A stretch of DNA of 64,000 nucleotides from an uncultured Pseudomonadota bacterium (GTDB taxonomy: Bacteria; Myxococcota_A; Polyangia; Fen-1088): assembly GCA_963847705.1 (NCBI GenBank), contig CAWKBC010000041.1, positions 1 through 64,000 of the forward strand. The letters run 5' to 3'. How positions within the stretch are numbered: position 1 is the stretch's first letter; each line of letters opens with the position of its first letter. The notes below the pieces were generated by a model. It worked only from the letters and a program-made list of their open reading frames with translations, did no database searches and was not told the origin of the DNA. This document shows, piece by piece, positions 51,341-61,017 of this stretch. The position numbers and the translations under genes were made by a program.

Positions 51341-53032
51341 CTACGACGACTTGGACGGGTCGGGCGCCGAGGTATCTGGCGGCGCCGCTTCGGGCGCCGG
51401 GTTGGCGGGAGGCGCCGCCGCCTTCACGGGTGCCGGAGCACCGCAATCGGGATCGACCGCGCTGGTGTCGGCGATTGGCCAGCCCTTGGAATCGCGATTG
51501 GGCGCACCCCCGCGCGGACCACCTGGCCCACCCTGGTTGTTGCCACGCGCGAAACCGGGACCACGGCCACCACCGCCGCCGCCGGGACCACGGCCACCGC
51601 CGCCACCGGGACCACGGCCACCGCCACCGCCGCCCGGACCGCGACCACCGCCCGGACCACGGCCGCCGCCGGGGCCGCCGCCAAAGCCGCCCGGACCGCG
51701 GGGAGCACCGCCGCCGGGACCGCCGCCAGGAGCAGAGCCGAAGCCGCCCGGACCGCCGCCGCCAGGGCCGCCGCCGAAGCCGCCCGGCCCGCGGGGACCG
51801 CCGCCGCCAGGGCCGCCGCCGAAGCCACCGGGCCCGCGGGGACCGCCGCCGCCAGGGCCGCCGCCGAAGCCACCGGGGCCGCGGGGACCGCCGCCGCCGG
51901 GACCGCCACCCGGGCCGCCGCCGAAGCCACCGGGCCCGCGCGGGCCGCGTCCGCCGCCGGGACCGCCCCCACCGCCCGGTCCACCGCCGAAGCCGCCGGG
52001 ACCACGCGGACCACGTCCGCCGGGCGGGGGACCGCCGGCGGTTCGCCGGTGATCGCGGCGACCATCGCCAGGACCACCGCCGGGCGCCCGGGTCACCATC
52101 CAGCCAGGACCCGCCACCGGGCTTCCGCCCGGGACGCCCTGATCACAATCGCGATCGCGGCCGGAGCCGAACTCGAAGCGACCCGGCTTGTTGCCGCCGG
52201 GGCCGTGGGCGCCACCGATTCCACCCGAGCCGCCGCCCGGCTTCCCGCCGCCGCCACCACCGCCACCGCCGCAATCGTGCCGTCCGGAGCCGCCGCGCCC
52301 ACGATCGTTGCGCCGGGGCTCGCCGCGCGGCATGAGGTCGACCAGGTAGTAGAAGTCGCCCTGCTTCTTCGCGCCGGGAGGCGGATCTTCGCCGCTCATC
52401 ACGCGGATCAGCCGGACGTTGTCGGCACGGTCGCGGATCACCTCGAGCGCCTCCATCAGACGCGCCAGGCGATCCTCTTTGATCCCGAGCTTCTCCTCGA
52501 TCTCGGCGGCCGCGAGCGCAGCGCCAGGATCCGGGGCAGGCTCCGCGGGCGCACCCGCCTCGGCGTCCGCCGATTGCGCGGTCGCCTCGCCGCCGTTCGC
52601 ATCGCCTGCGGGCGCTTCGCCTTCGGGCGCCGCCGGCGTCTCCTCCGCGGATGCGCTCGCCTCGACGGGCGCCGCCTCCGCGGACGCACTCGCCTCGACA
52701 GGCGCCGCCTCGGCCGGAGCGCTCCCCTCGACAGGCGCCGCCTCGGCCGGAGCGCTCCCCTCGGCGGGCTCGGCTTCGCTTCCAGCTTCGACGCCCTCTG
52801 ACGTCAGTGCAGCATCCTCGGCTTCGGCCGTCGCCGCGATCGCCGCTTCGAATCCCGGCTCCGCGCCGGCCGCCTCCGCGACGGGCGTGGCTTCGATCGC
52901 TGCCTCGATCTCCGCCCCCTCGGACGCGACGGGTTCAGCCGCCGGCTTCGGCGGCGGCGCCGGTCGGTGCGTACGCCGCACCTGCGCTGCTTCGCGAAGC
53001 AAGATCCCGGAGAATTCAGTGACGGTTTTCAT
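51341..53032 (-). CDS. Hypothetical protein with acidic Ala/Glu/Pro insert and long GGPRGPGGFGG tail
   Basis: MKTVTEFSG..; small folded-looking core (KLGIKEDRLARLMEALEV..IRVMSGE); RBS-like GAAGAA; low-complexity repeats. Confidence 0.65.
   Translation of the reverse strand: MKTVTEFSGILLREAAQVRRTHRPAPPPKPAAEPVASEGAEIEAAIEATPVAEAAGAEPGFEAAIAATAEAEDAALTSEGVEAGSEAEPAEGSAPAEAAPVEGSAPAEAAPVEASASAEAAPVEASASAEETPAAPEGEAPAGDANGGEATAQSADAEAGAPAEPAPDPGAALAAAEIEEKLGIKEDRLARLMEALEVIRDRADNVRLIRVMSGEDPPPGAKKQGDFYYLVDLMPRGEPRRNDRGRGGSGRHDCGGGGGGGGGKPGGGSGGIGGAHGPGGNKPGRFEFGSGRDRDCDQGVPGGSPVAGPGWMVTRAPGGGPGDGRRDHRRTAGGPPPGGRGPRGPGGFGGGPGGGGGPGGGRGPRGPGGFGGGPGGGPGGGGPRGPGGFGGGPGGGGPRGPGGFGGGPGGGGPRGPGGFGGGPGGGGPGGFGSAPGGGPGGGAPRGPGGFGGGPGGGRGPGGGRGPGGGGGGRGPGGGGGRGPGGGGGGRGPGFARGNNQGGPGGPRGGAPNRDSKGWPIADTSAVDPDCGAPAPVKAAAPPANPAPEAAPPDTSAPDPSKSS
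51560..52030. repeat. Coding tandem repeats (about 48-bp GGGPRGPGGFGGGPGG units)
   Basis: Repeated gggccgccgccgaagcc..gcggggaccgccgccgcc blocks. Confidence 0.8.
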
Positions 53033-53083
53033 CGTTTCTTCGTTCGTCGCGCGGCGCCGCCCTGGGCAGCGTCGGACGGTCCT

Positions 53084-53392
53084 TTACTTCTTGGTCTGGG
53101 CCGCTTCGAGCTTTTTGTACTCTTCAGTGGCGTTCTGGGTCAGAGCGTAATTGTCGAGGTCCTTGTGGCAACCGTCGCAGGTGAACTTCTGTCCGTTCGC
53201 CTTGGCCATCTTCACCATCTCCTTCATCACCTTCTTGGCCTCCGCCCGCCCACCCTTGGCGCAAGCCTTCCCCGTCTCGGTGTCGGGCTTGGTGGCGATG
53301 GTGCACTTGCCGTCGTCAGCCCGGACGGCGCCCGCGGCGACGGCGGCGAACAGGAAGGCAGCGACGGAGAGCTTGGCGATGGAACGGGTCAT
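53084..53392 (-). CDS. Small secreted monoheme c-type cytochrome-like protein
   Basis: Signal peptide, single CDGCH motif, upstream MKEM segment, two extra Cys; GAGGAG RBS. Confidence 0.7.
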   Translation of the reverse strand: MTRSIAKLSVAAFLFAAVAAGAVRADDGKCTIATKPDTETGKACAKGGRAEAKKVMKEMVKMAKANGQKFTCDGCHKDLDNYALTQNATEEYKKLEAAQTKK

Positions 53393-53596
53393 GAAATCTC
53401 CTCGGTCTGCAGGGCGAAGGGACCTACGGGCGACGGCGCAGAGCTTATAGCGCGCCCTCGACCGCGGGGACAACACCCCTTTGCATACTAGGAGTTGCTG
53501 CCCCTACATCGTGGAGCAAACACCCACCACCGAGCCGCAAATCACCGTCGCTGCGGTCTTTTCGCAATGGGCCAAACAGGTCTATAGTTGTCGCCC

Positions 53597-55201
53597 ATGG
53601 CACAGATTTTCCGGAGGGATTCCCGCGTCGTCCTCGCATTGATGGTCGGCGCTTTCTTGTCGTTTGCCGCGTCGCGCGCAGTGGCCCAGGACAACCAGGA
53701 TACGGTCGAAGGGGTCAGGGTCCAGCTCGGGATCACCGGCGGCTACCACTGGTTCGCCAAAGATCTCGAGCTCGGCACGCCCGACGATTCCGCCTCTTCG
53801 AGCCCGAAGAGTGCTCCCGCCTTCGGCATCCGCGCCGGCCTCATGCTGAACCCGATGTTCGTCATCGAAGGCGAGGCGCTGCTGATACCGACGTCCGACA
53901 ATCATGCGGGCCAAAGCGTGCTCATCAGCGCGGAGCGCATCCACCTCCGCTTCAACATCGCGCCCGGCGCCATCGCGCACGGGGTGGTGACGCCGTTCAT
54001 CCTGGCAGGCGTCGGGGCTTCGACCGTTCTCTCCAGCAATCCGCCGGGGGACAACCAGCTTTACATTCACAAGGGCGATACCGACGCGAACTTCTACGCC
54101 GGCGCCGGCGTCATGTTCGCGCTCAACAGGTTGCTTCACCTCCGCATCGACGGCCGCGTGCTCGCCGCCCCCAACACCACCAAGGACGGCTTCTCGCCCG
54201 ACTACGAGCTCACGGCCGGGTTCGGCGTCACGCTCGGCGGCCACGCCCCGCCCCCGCCGCCCGCGCCCGTGGCGCTGGTCAAGGACACCGACGGCGACGG
54301 CATCCCCGACACCGAGGACAACTGCCCCAACGAGGCCGGCCCCCGCGAGAACAAGGGCTGCCCCGACAAGGACACCGACGGCGACGGCATCGTCGACCGC
54401 AAGGACAAGTGCCCCGACAAGGCCGGTCCGCCCGAGCGCGACGGCTGCCCCGAGGAGGACAAGGACAAGGACGGCATCGTCGACTCGAAGGACAAGTGCC
54501 CCGACGATCCCGAGGACAAGGACGGCTTCGAGGACGCCGACGGCTGCCCGGATCCGGACAACGACAAGGACGGCATCCTCGACAAGGACGACAAGTGCCC
54601 GAACGAGCCGGAGACCAAGAACGGCTATCAGGACGAGGACGGCTGCCCCGATGAGGTGCCGGCGCAGGTCAAGCAGTTCAGCGGCGTGGTCAAGGGGATC
54701 AACTTCCGGCGCAACTCGGCCGACATCAAGGCGACGTCCTTCCCGCTGCTCAAGCAAGCGGTCATCGTCTTCAAGCAGTACCCGGCGTTGCGGGTGGAGA
54801 TCTCGGGCCACACCTCGAACGAGGGGAAGCGCGAGTTCAACATGAAGCTCTCGCGCAAGCGCGCCGAGGCGGTGAAGGACTACCTGGTCTCCGCCGGCAT
54901 CGACGAGAATCGGATCGGCACCGTCGGTTACGGGCCGGACAAGCCGATCGCCGACAACGACACCAAGGAAGGGACCGAGAAGAACCGGCGCATCGAGTTC
55001 CGGCTGCTCTCGACCAAGGAAGCGGTCAAGACCCAGCCCGAGCCCGAGGACATCAACCCCTCGCCCGATCGCAAGCACGCCAAGGGTGCCAAAGCGAAGC
55101 CGGCCAAGGGCGACAAGCCCGCCGACGCCGCGGCGAAGAAGCCCAAGGCCCCCAAGAAGAAGAAGGCCTCCGCTCCCGACGACGAGCCGATGCCCAGGTA
55201 A
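53597..55201 (+). CDS. OmpA-family protein: beta-barrel, thrombospondin type-3 repeats, OmpA_C domain
   Basis: DTDGDGIPDTEDNCP repeats; INFRRNSADI, VEISGHT, LSRKRAEAVKDYL, GYGPDKP, NRRIEF. Confidence 0.92.
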   Translation: MAQIFRRDSRVVLALMVGAFLSFAASRAVAQDNQDTVEGVRVQLGITGGYHWFAKDLELGTPDDSASSSPKSAPAFGIRAGLMLNPMFVIEGEALLIPTSDNHAGQSVLISAERIHLRFNIAPGAIAHGVVTPFILAGVGASTVLSSNPPGDNQLYIHKGDTDANFYAGAGVMFALNRLLHLRIDGRVLAAPNTTKDGFSPDYELTAGFGVTLGGHAPPPPPAPVALVKDTDGDGIPDTEDNCPNEAGPRENKGCPDKDTDGDGIVDRKDKCPDKAGPPERDGCPEEDKDKDGIVDSKDKCPDDPEDKDGFEDADGCPDPDNDKDGILDKDDKCPNEPETKNGYQDEDGCPDEVPAQVKQFSGVVKGINFRRNSADIKATSFPLLKQAVIVFKQYPALRVEISGHTSNEGKREFNMKLSRKRAEAVKDYLVSAGIDENRIGTVGYGPDKPIADNDTKEGTEKNRRIEFRLLSTKEAVKTQPEPEDINPSPDRKHAKGAKAKPAKGDKPADAAAKKPKAPKKKKASAPDDEPMPR

Positions 55202-55213
55202 CGCCGGAGGTCG

Positions 55214-56410
55214 TCAGGTCGAGATCGGAATATCGGTCTCGACCGGCTGCCCGTAGTCGACCCCGGGGACCTCGAACCCGAACAGCTTGCGAAAGTCGGT
55301 CCGGAACCCGGCGTAGTCGGAGAGCGCCGAAAGGTTCTCGGTCGTCACCTGGTCCCAGAGCGCGGTCACCTGCGCCTGGATCTCGGGCGCGAGCTCGAGG
55401 TCGTCGAGGCGAATCCGCCCTTCGCCGTCGGTGCGGGGCTGCTGTCCTGGTCCCAGGTGATCCCGGAAGAGGCGCGAGATCTGCTGGTCGGTCCCCTCGT
55501 GCGTCCCCGCCGCCTTCATCACCTTGTAAAGCAGGCTGATGTAGAGCGGGACGACCGGGATCGCCGACGAGGCCTGGGTGACCAGCGCCTTGTTGACGCT
55601 CACGTAGGCCGCGCCGCCCAGGCGGGCGGCCAGCAGCGCCGACAGCTCCGCGGTGGTCCTCTCCAAATCTTCCTTGGCCCGCCCGATCGTCCCCGAACGG
55701 TAGATGGGGAAGGTCAGCGCCGGGCCGATGTAGCTGTAGGCGACGGCCCGGCAGCCTGGCGCCAGCAGATCGGCGTCCGCCAGCGCGCGCACCCAGGCGG
55801 CGAAGTCTTCGCCCCCCATCACCTTGCGGGTCGCCTCCACCTCGGCGTCGGAGGCGGGCGCGATCTCGACCTCCACCACCTGCTCGTTGCCGAGGTTGAT
55901 GCTCTTGCTGCGGAACGACTCGCCGAGCGGCTTCAGGACGGAGCTGTAGCTGACGCCGTCGGCCGGATCGACCCGCTTCGGCGCCGCCAGGCTGTAGACG
56001 ACCAGGTCGAGCTTGCGCCCGGCCCGTTCGAGACCGGCGATCGTCTGGTCCTTGATCTCACGGCTGAAGGCATCGCCGTTGACGATCGCGATCTCGCGGC
56101 CGGCGGCTCCCGCGCGGCGCTGGGCCGCCGCCAGGTTGTACCAGCCGGCCGACGCCGTCTTCTCGCCTTGAGGCGGCCGCTCCAGACAGACCGCCGTCCC
56201 CTGCGCGCCATACCCGAAGACCGCGCTCAGCAGGCTGGAGAGGCCGTAGCCGGTGCTGCCGCCGATCACCAGCGCGGCGCCGAGCCCGGTGCCGGGTGCC
56301 CCCTGCCGGGCAACCGCGATCTCGGCGTCGACGTTGGCGGCACAACCGGCCGGGTGGGCGTTGAGGCAGATGAACCCGCGTATACGGGCGGCGATGACCT
56401 GGCTGGACAT
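55214..56410 (-). CDS. fabV: Enoyl-ACP reductase / trans-2-enoyl-CoA reductase
   Basis: RGFICLNAHPAGC, IGGSTGYGL, SAGWYN, NGDAFS, VYSLAAP, VMGGED, YSYIGP, VTQASSAIP. Confidence 0.95.
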   Translation of the reverse strand: MSSQVIAARIRGFICLNAHPAGCAANVDAEIAVARQGAPGTGLGAALVIGGSTGYGLSSLLSAVFGYGAQGTAVCLERPPQGEKTASAGWYNLAAAQRRAGAAGREIAIVNGDAFSREIKDQTIAGLERAGRKLDLVVYSLAAPKRVDPADGVSYSSVLKPLGESFRSKSINLGNEQVVEVEIAPASDAEVEATRKVMGGEDFAAWVRALADADLLAPGCRAVAYSYIGPALTFPIYRSGTIGRAKEDLERTTAELSALLAARLGGAAYVSVNKALVTQASSAIPVVPLYISLLYKVMKAAGTHEGTDQQISRLFRDHLGPGQQPRTDGEGRIRLDDLELAPEIQAQVTALWDQVTTENLSALSDYAGFRTDFRKLFGFEVPGVDYGQPVETDIPIST

Positions 56411-56478
56411 CGGGCCTTCCTGCCAGCGCCGCGCCGGAAGGTCAAGCGCGACGGTCGAGGTTTGCGCCCAGCCGATCC

Positions 56479-56946
56479 GTGAATAACTTCGCGATCGTGG
56501 ACCTGAAAGCGCTCAAACGGATCTTGGTCCCGACCGACTTCTCCGATCCTTCGGAGGAGGCGCTGAAGACCGCGATCGCCTTCGGGCAGACGTTCGGCGC
56601 CACGCTGGATCTGGTGCACGTCGCGGTGGAGGTCGCCTACCCTCTGCCGCCGCCGATCGACCTGGCTTCGCTGCCGATCGACATCGGTCCGGCGCTCGAG
56701 CGCGCGGCCGAGGGGCTCGCCGCCGAGGAGGCGCGGGTGCGCGAAGCAGGCGTCGCCTGCGAGAGCGCGACGCTGGTCGGGCGCGCCGATCTGGAGCTCG
56801 TGGAGCGCGCGCGCGCGACGACCGCCGATCTGATCATCATGGGGACTCACGGCCGCAGCGGCCTGGCCCACATCATCCTGGGCAGCAACACCGCGCGTGT
56901 CGTCCAGCACGCCCCCTGTCCCATCCTCATCGTCCCCAAGCGCTAG
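56479..56946 (+). CDS. Universal stress protein
   Basis: ILVPTDFS, DLIIMGTHGRSGL..LGSNTARVVQHAPCPIL. Confidence 0.92.
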   Translation: MNNFAIVDLKALKRILVPTDFSDPSEEALKTAIAFGQTFGATLDLVHVAVEVAYPLPPPIDLASLPIDIGPALERAAEGLAAEEARVREAGVACESATLVGRADLELVERARATTADLIIMGTHGRSGLAHIILGSNTARVVQHAPCPILIVPKR

Positions 56947-57431
56947 GCGAGCAGCGACCTCGTCCCGGTGGCGACCCGCCGGCAGGCCAGCGCGCAGTCG
57001 ATGGTCCAGAGCAGCTCGTCCAGATTGATCGGTTTCAAGAGGCAAGCGACCGCGCCGTAGGCCTCCGAGTCGGTGCAAAGGTCGAAGGTCTCGTTTCCGG
57101 TGGTGAGCACCACCGGCACGTCGCTCTCGCGCCGGATCCGCTGCGCCAGATCGACGCCGTGCATGCCCGGCATGCGCAGGTCGGTCAATACCAGGTCCGG
57201 GAGCGCGCGCGGCAGCTTGGCCATCGCCTCGAAGCCGTCTGCCGCCACCTCGACCAGGTAGCCCGCCTCAGCCAACACCTGACCGATGAGCTCGCGTGCG
57301 TCTCGATCGTCGTCGACGATCAAGATTGTATCCCGCCGCTGGCCCACCTCCCCGCTTCCCACATCGATATTCGTCACGATGGTGAATTGAGCAAGAATGG
57401 AACCACCCTCGACGACTCTGTCCGTGATCAC
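56943..57431 (-). CDS. Single-domain response regulator; true start probably downstream of 57431
   Basis: ILIVDDD, DLVLTDLRMPGMHG, VVLTTG, CLLKP. Confidence 0.85.
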   Translation of the reverse strand: MITDRVVEGGSILAQFTIVTNIDVGSGEVGQRRDTILIVDDDRDARELIGQVLAEAGYLVEVAADGFEAMAKLPRALPDLVLTDLRMPGMHGVDLAQRIRRESDVPVVLTTGNETFDLCTDSEAYGAVACLLKPINLDELLWTIDCALACRRVATGTRSLLA

Positions 57432-57570
57432 GCCGCGCCGCTACAAGGTCCCTGATCCGGTTACATCCGCGTAACTCTGCTCTGGGTCGGGTTACTTGTG
57501 TACGATTGAGCCTTCCCCATCCCGCCCAGGCCTTGCAAGGCCTGCCTGAGCCATCTCCCACCCGCACCTC

Positions 57571-58728
57571 ATGCCTCCTGCCCCTCTGATAGACGTCCGC
57601 AACCTCTCGAAGAGCTACCGCGTCCACAAGCGCCCCCCTGGCCTGGGCGCCGCGCTGCGATCGGTGCTCAGCAGGAAGTACGAGCTGGTGAGGGCCGTCG
57701 AAGAGCTGTCATTCCAGATCGGCGAGGGGGAGCGGGTCGGTTTTCTCGGTCCGAACGGCGCCGGGAAGACGACCACGCTCAAGGTTCTGGCGGGCCTGCT
57801 GCACCCGACGTCCGGCGCCGTCCGGGTGGGGTCGTACATCCCCCAGGATCGCGACCCGCGCTTCCTGCAGCTCATCACGCTGGTGATGGGGCAGAAGCAG
57901 CAGCTCCTCTGGGATCTGCCGCCGGCGGAGACCTACGCGATGAACCGCGCGATCTACGACATCCCCCGCGCCCAGGCCGAAGAGACGGTGCGCGCGCTGG
58001 TCGAGCTCCTGGAGATCGGCGACCTCGTCAACAAGCCGACCCGCCAGCTGTCGCTCGGCGAACGGATGAAGTGCGAGCTGGTGGCGGCGCTGCTCCACCG
58101 GCCGCGCGTCCTCTTCCTCGACGAGCCGACCATCGGGCTCGACGTCTCGATGCAGGCCAAGATGCGCGACTTCATCCGCGACTACAACGAGCGCTTCGGC
58201 GCGGCGGTGCTGCTCACCAGCCACTACATGGACGACGTGGTGGCGCTCTGCCCGCGCGTGGTGGTCATCGACCACGGCCGGCTCATCTACGACGGCGACC
58301 TGCAGGAGCTGGCGCGGCGGGTGCGGCCCGACAAGCGTCTCACGGTGCGCCTCTCGCGCGCGGTCGAGCGCGCCGACCTGGAGAGGCTGGGGACCGTGGT
58401 CTCGGCGGACGCGGCGCACGCCGTGCTGTCGGTCCCTCCGGCGCGGTTGCAGGCAGTGGTGCGCGACGCTCTGGCCGCGCTGCCGATCGTCGACCTGACC
58501 ATCGAGGAGGCGCCGCTCGAGGAGGTGATGCGCGAGCTGTTCGGCGCCCGGGCCAAAGAGGCTCACGCCAGGGAGGCGCAGGCCAAGGAGACACAGGCCA
58601 AGGAGGCCCAGGCCAAGGACGCCCAGGCCAAGGACGCCCAGCCCAAGACGACGCAGGACACAGAGACGCAGGAAAAGGCGACCCAGGCCGCCACGGGGGC
58701 GCGCGACGAGACGCGCGCCCACGAATGA
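57571..58728 (+). CDS. ABC transporter ATP-binding protein
   Basis: GPNGAGKTT, LSLGERMK, FLDEPTIGLD, LTSHYM. Confidence 0.93.
   Translation: MPPAPLIDVRNLSKSYRVHKRPPGLGAALRSVLSRKYELVRAVEELSFQIGEGERVGFLGPNGAGKTTTLKVLAGLLHPTSGAVRVGSYIPQDRDPRFLQLITLVMGQKQQLLWDLPPAETYAMNRAIYDIPRAQAEETVRALVELLEIGDLVNKPTRQLSLGERMKCELVAALLHRPRVLFLDEPTIGLDVSMQAKMRDFIRDYNERFGAAVLLTSHYMDDVVALCPRVVVIDHGRLIYDGDLQELARRVRPDKRLTVRLSRAVERADLERLGTVVSADAAHAVLSVPPARLQAVVRDALAALPIVDLTIEEAPLEEVMRELFGARAKEAHAREAQAKETQAKEAQAKDAQAKDAQPKTTQDTETQEKATQAATGARDETRAHE
58552..58690. repeat. 15-bp coding repeat (EAQAK/DAQAK pentapeptides) at the ABC ATPase C-terminus
   Basis: Repeated caggccaagga.. units. Confidence 0.8.
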
Positions 58729-59573
58729 CCAGCGCAGCGCCTCCGGTCCCGGCGCGCCCCGGGCTCGGCAGCGAGATGGGGCGTGCGGCCAAGGCGTTTC
58801 CCACCCTCCTGCGCATCGGCGTCTCCGAGGTGGTCGCCTACCGCGCCGAGTTCGTGGTCTGGATCCTCACCACCAACATGCCGCTCGTCATGCTGGCCAT
58901 CTGGCACGCGGTGGCGGCGGACGGCCCGGTGGGCCGCTTCGATCAGCGCGCCTTCACCGCCTACTACCTGGGCGTGCTGGCGGTGCGCCTCCTGACCAGC
59001 AACTGGGCGGTCTGGCAGCTGTCGATGGAGATCCGCGACGGGACGCTGTCGGCCAAGCTGCTGCGACCGATCCACCCGATCCTGGCGCTGGCGGCCGAGC
59101 ACCTCTCCGCGGTGCCGATGCGCGCGGCGGTCATCTCGCCGGTGGTCGCCATCATGCTCTACAGCGGCTGGGATCGCCTGCTGCGCCACGACCCGGTGTT
59201 GCTGGTGATCCTCCTGGCCTCGCTGGTGGGCGCCTGGCTGCTGATCTTCTTCTCGATGGTGCTGATGGGCTCGCTGGCCTTCTTCGCCGAGAGCGCACTC
59301 GGGATCTTCGAGCTCTGGTTGGGCGTTCACGCCATCTTCTCGGGCTATCTGGTCCCGCTGGAGGCGCTGCCCCACTGGGTGCGCGGCGCCGCCAACGTGC
59401 TGCCGTTTCGGTTCATGCTGGGGTTTCCGGTGGAGACCCTGGTCGGGCTTCTGGGACGGCACGACGCCCTGATGGCCCTGGGCGCCCAGTGGGGTTATGT
59501 GGCGCTCTTCGGCCTGGCGGCGCTCTGGGTCTGGCGGGTCGGCCTGAAGACCTTCTCGGCTTACGGTGGATGA
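58725..59573 (+). CDS. ABC-2 family permease (DUF990-like)
   Basis: VAYRAEF, EIRDGTLSAKLLRP, SGYLVPL..LP, LPFRFM; ATGA overlap. Confidence 0.88.
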   Translation: MTSAAPPVPARPGLGSEMGRAAKAFPTLLRIGVSEVVAYRAEFVVWILTTNMPLVMLAIWHAVAADGPVGRFDQRAFTAYYLGVLAVRLLTSNWAVWQLSMEIRDGTLSAKLLRPIHPILALAAEHLSAVPMRAAVISPVVAIMLYSGWDRLLRHDPVLLVILLASLVGAWLLIFFSMVLMGSLAFFAESALGIFELWLGVHAIFSGYLVPLEALPHWVRGAANVLPFRFMLGFPVETLVGLLGRHDALMALGAQWGYVALFGLAALWVWRVGLKTFSAYGG

Positions 59574-60411
59574 CGTGCCCACCGTCGCCGCCCTCCCCCG
59601 TCCGTACGGCCCGGTCGCGCTGCTGCGCCGTTACGCCGGGCTGTTTCGCGTGCAGCTGGCGATCTCCGCGCTCACCGCGATGCAATACCGCACCGACTTC
59701 CTGGTGCGCGGCCTCATCGCGATCCTCTGGATGGCGGTGACCCTGGCGCCGCTCCTGGTCGTCTTCGGCGTGCGCAAGACCGTCGCCGGCTGGTCGTTCC
59801 CCGAATCGCTGGTGGTGGTCGGCTGGTTCACGCTGCTGCACGCGGTGCTGGAAGGGGCCGTCAGCCCCAGCCTCACGGCCGTGGTCGAGCACGTCCGCCA
59901 CGGCACGCTCGACTTCGTCCTGCTCAAGCCGGCCGATGCGCAGTTCCTGGTCTCGACCGCCAAGATCGAACCGTGGCACGTGGTCGACGTGTTCGGCGCG
60001 GTGGTCATCTTCTGCTACGCCTTCAGCAAGCTCGGCCGCTGGCCACGCACGCTGGAGGTGGGCGCCGGGCTCGCCTTCCTGGCGCTGGCGGTGGTCATCC
60101 TCTATTCCTTCTGGATCCTGGTGGTGAGCGCGTCGTTCTGGGTGGTGAAGGTCGACAACCTCTCCTACCTGTTCGGATCGCTGTTCGACGCCGCCCGCTG
60201 GCCCATCACCGTCTTCCGGGGCGCCCTGCGGATCGTCTTCACCTTCGTCTTCCCGATCGCGCTTCTGACCACCTACCCGGCGATGGCGCTCCTGGGCGAG
60301 CTCGACGGCAAGACGGGTCTGGCGGCCCTGGCGGGCGGCCTCGCCTTCGCGGCCATCGCGCGCCGCGTGTGGCGCCGCGCGCTCGCCATGTACACCTCGG
60401 CCAGCTCCTGA
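59566..60411 (+). CDS. ABC-2 family permease (DUF990-like)
   Basis: MQYRTDF, GWSFPE, VRHGTLDFVLLKP, RWPITVF, YTSASS. Confidence 0.9.
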   Translation: MDDVPTVAALPRPYGPVALLRRYAGLFRVQLAISALTAMQYRTDFLVRGLIAILWMAVTLAPLLVVFGVRKTVAGWSFPESLVVVGWFTLLHAVLEGAVSPSLTAVVEHVRHGTLDFVLLKPADAQFLVSTAKIEPWHVVDVFGAVVIFCYAFSKLGRWPRTLEVGAGLAFLALAVVILYSFWILVVSASFWVVKVDNLSYLFGSLFDAARWPITVFRGALRIVFTFVFPIALLTTYPAMALLGELDGKTGLAALAGGLAFAAIARRVWRRALAMYTSASS

Positions 60412-60412
60412 T

Positions 60413-60509
60413 CGCCTGGACGGAGCCGAGCTTTGCCCGGCGCGGGTCCGCCCGCGGGGGGCAGCGTGAGTCCTTCGTGGGGGGTGGGGGGACCCTCTCA
60501 GGGTCCCAC
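60413..60509. repeat. REP-like element, intergenic copy between convergent genes; possible terminator role
   Basis: TGGACGGAGCCGAGCTTTGCCCGGCG..GCCCGCGGGGGG..GGGACCCTCTCAGGGTCCC. Confidence 0.7.
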
Positions 60510-60511
60510 GT

Positions 60512-60931
60512 TCAAACTGGCACTTTGACGGGGAGGTGGGCGCGGCGCTCGAGGCTGTAGGCCCAGGGGCGCGGGGCGACGGCGAACATCAGCGACGACC
60601 CCAGGAGCGCCACGTTCTTGCCGAAGTTGACCAGGTCCATCTGGCGCATCGCCGGGTCCCGGTCGGCCCAGAAGGCGTGCATGACGACCGTGACCGGCAC
60701 GAAGAACAGGACCAGCGCCGCGATCCCGATGTCGGGGTAGATGCCGAGGATCAGCGTCACGCCCGCGACGCCGAGGAGGAGCCCGGCGACCGCCACGGCC
60801 ACCCCGGGGAGGGGAACGCCCATCGACCCGGCGGAGCGGGCCAGCGAATCGAAGTCGCTGAAGTGGTGGAAGGCGCTCAACAGATAAAACCCGCCCGCCA
60901 ACAGCCGCCCCGCCAAGAAGAGTTCTTCCAT
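60512..60931 (-). CDS. DoxX family membrane protein
   Basis: GRLLAGGFYL..HHF, TVVMHAFW, NFGKNVALLG. Confidence 0.9.
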   Translation of the reverse strand: MEELFLAGRLLAGGFYLLSAFHHFSDFDSLARSAGSMGVPLPGVAVAVAGLLLGVAGVTLILGIYPDIGIAALVLFFVPVTVVMHAFWADRDPAMRQMDLVNFGKNVALLGSSLMFAVAPRPWAYSLERRAHLPVKVPV

Positions 60932-61017
60932 GCTCCCGTCCCCTTCTCCACGAAACGTAACCGCGCTCTCGACGGCAACAAGCCACTTCGTTAACGTGGG
61001 TGCCGATAACGGCCCCC

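Noticed and set aside
51315-52052. Collagen-like or Pro-rich plus-strand protein
   Set aside because: Mirror of the Gly-rich minus-strand gene, which has a plausible start and a non-repetitive core.
53597-55201. TraB of the TraAB outer-membrane exchange system
   Set aside because: Similar domain layout, but no traA-like gene is adjacent and OmpA-TSP3 paralogs are common.
57571-60411. ABC transporter as the lasso exporter
   Set aside because: More than 40 kb away and of the widespread DUF990-type three-gene family; nothing links it to the cluster.
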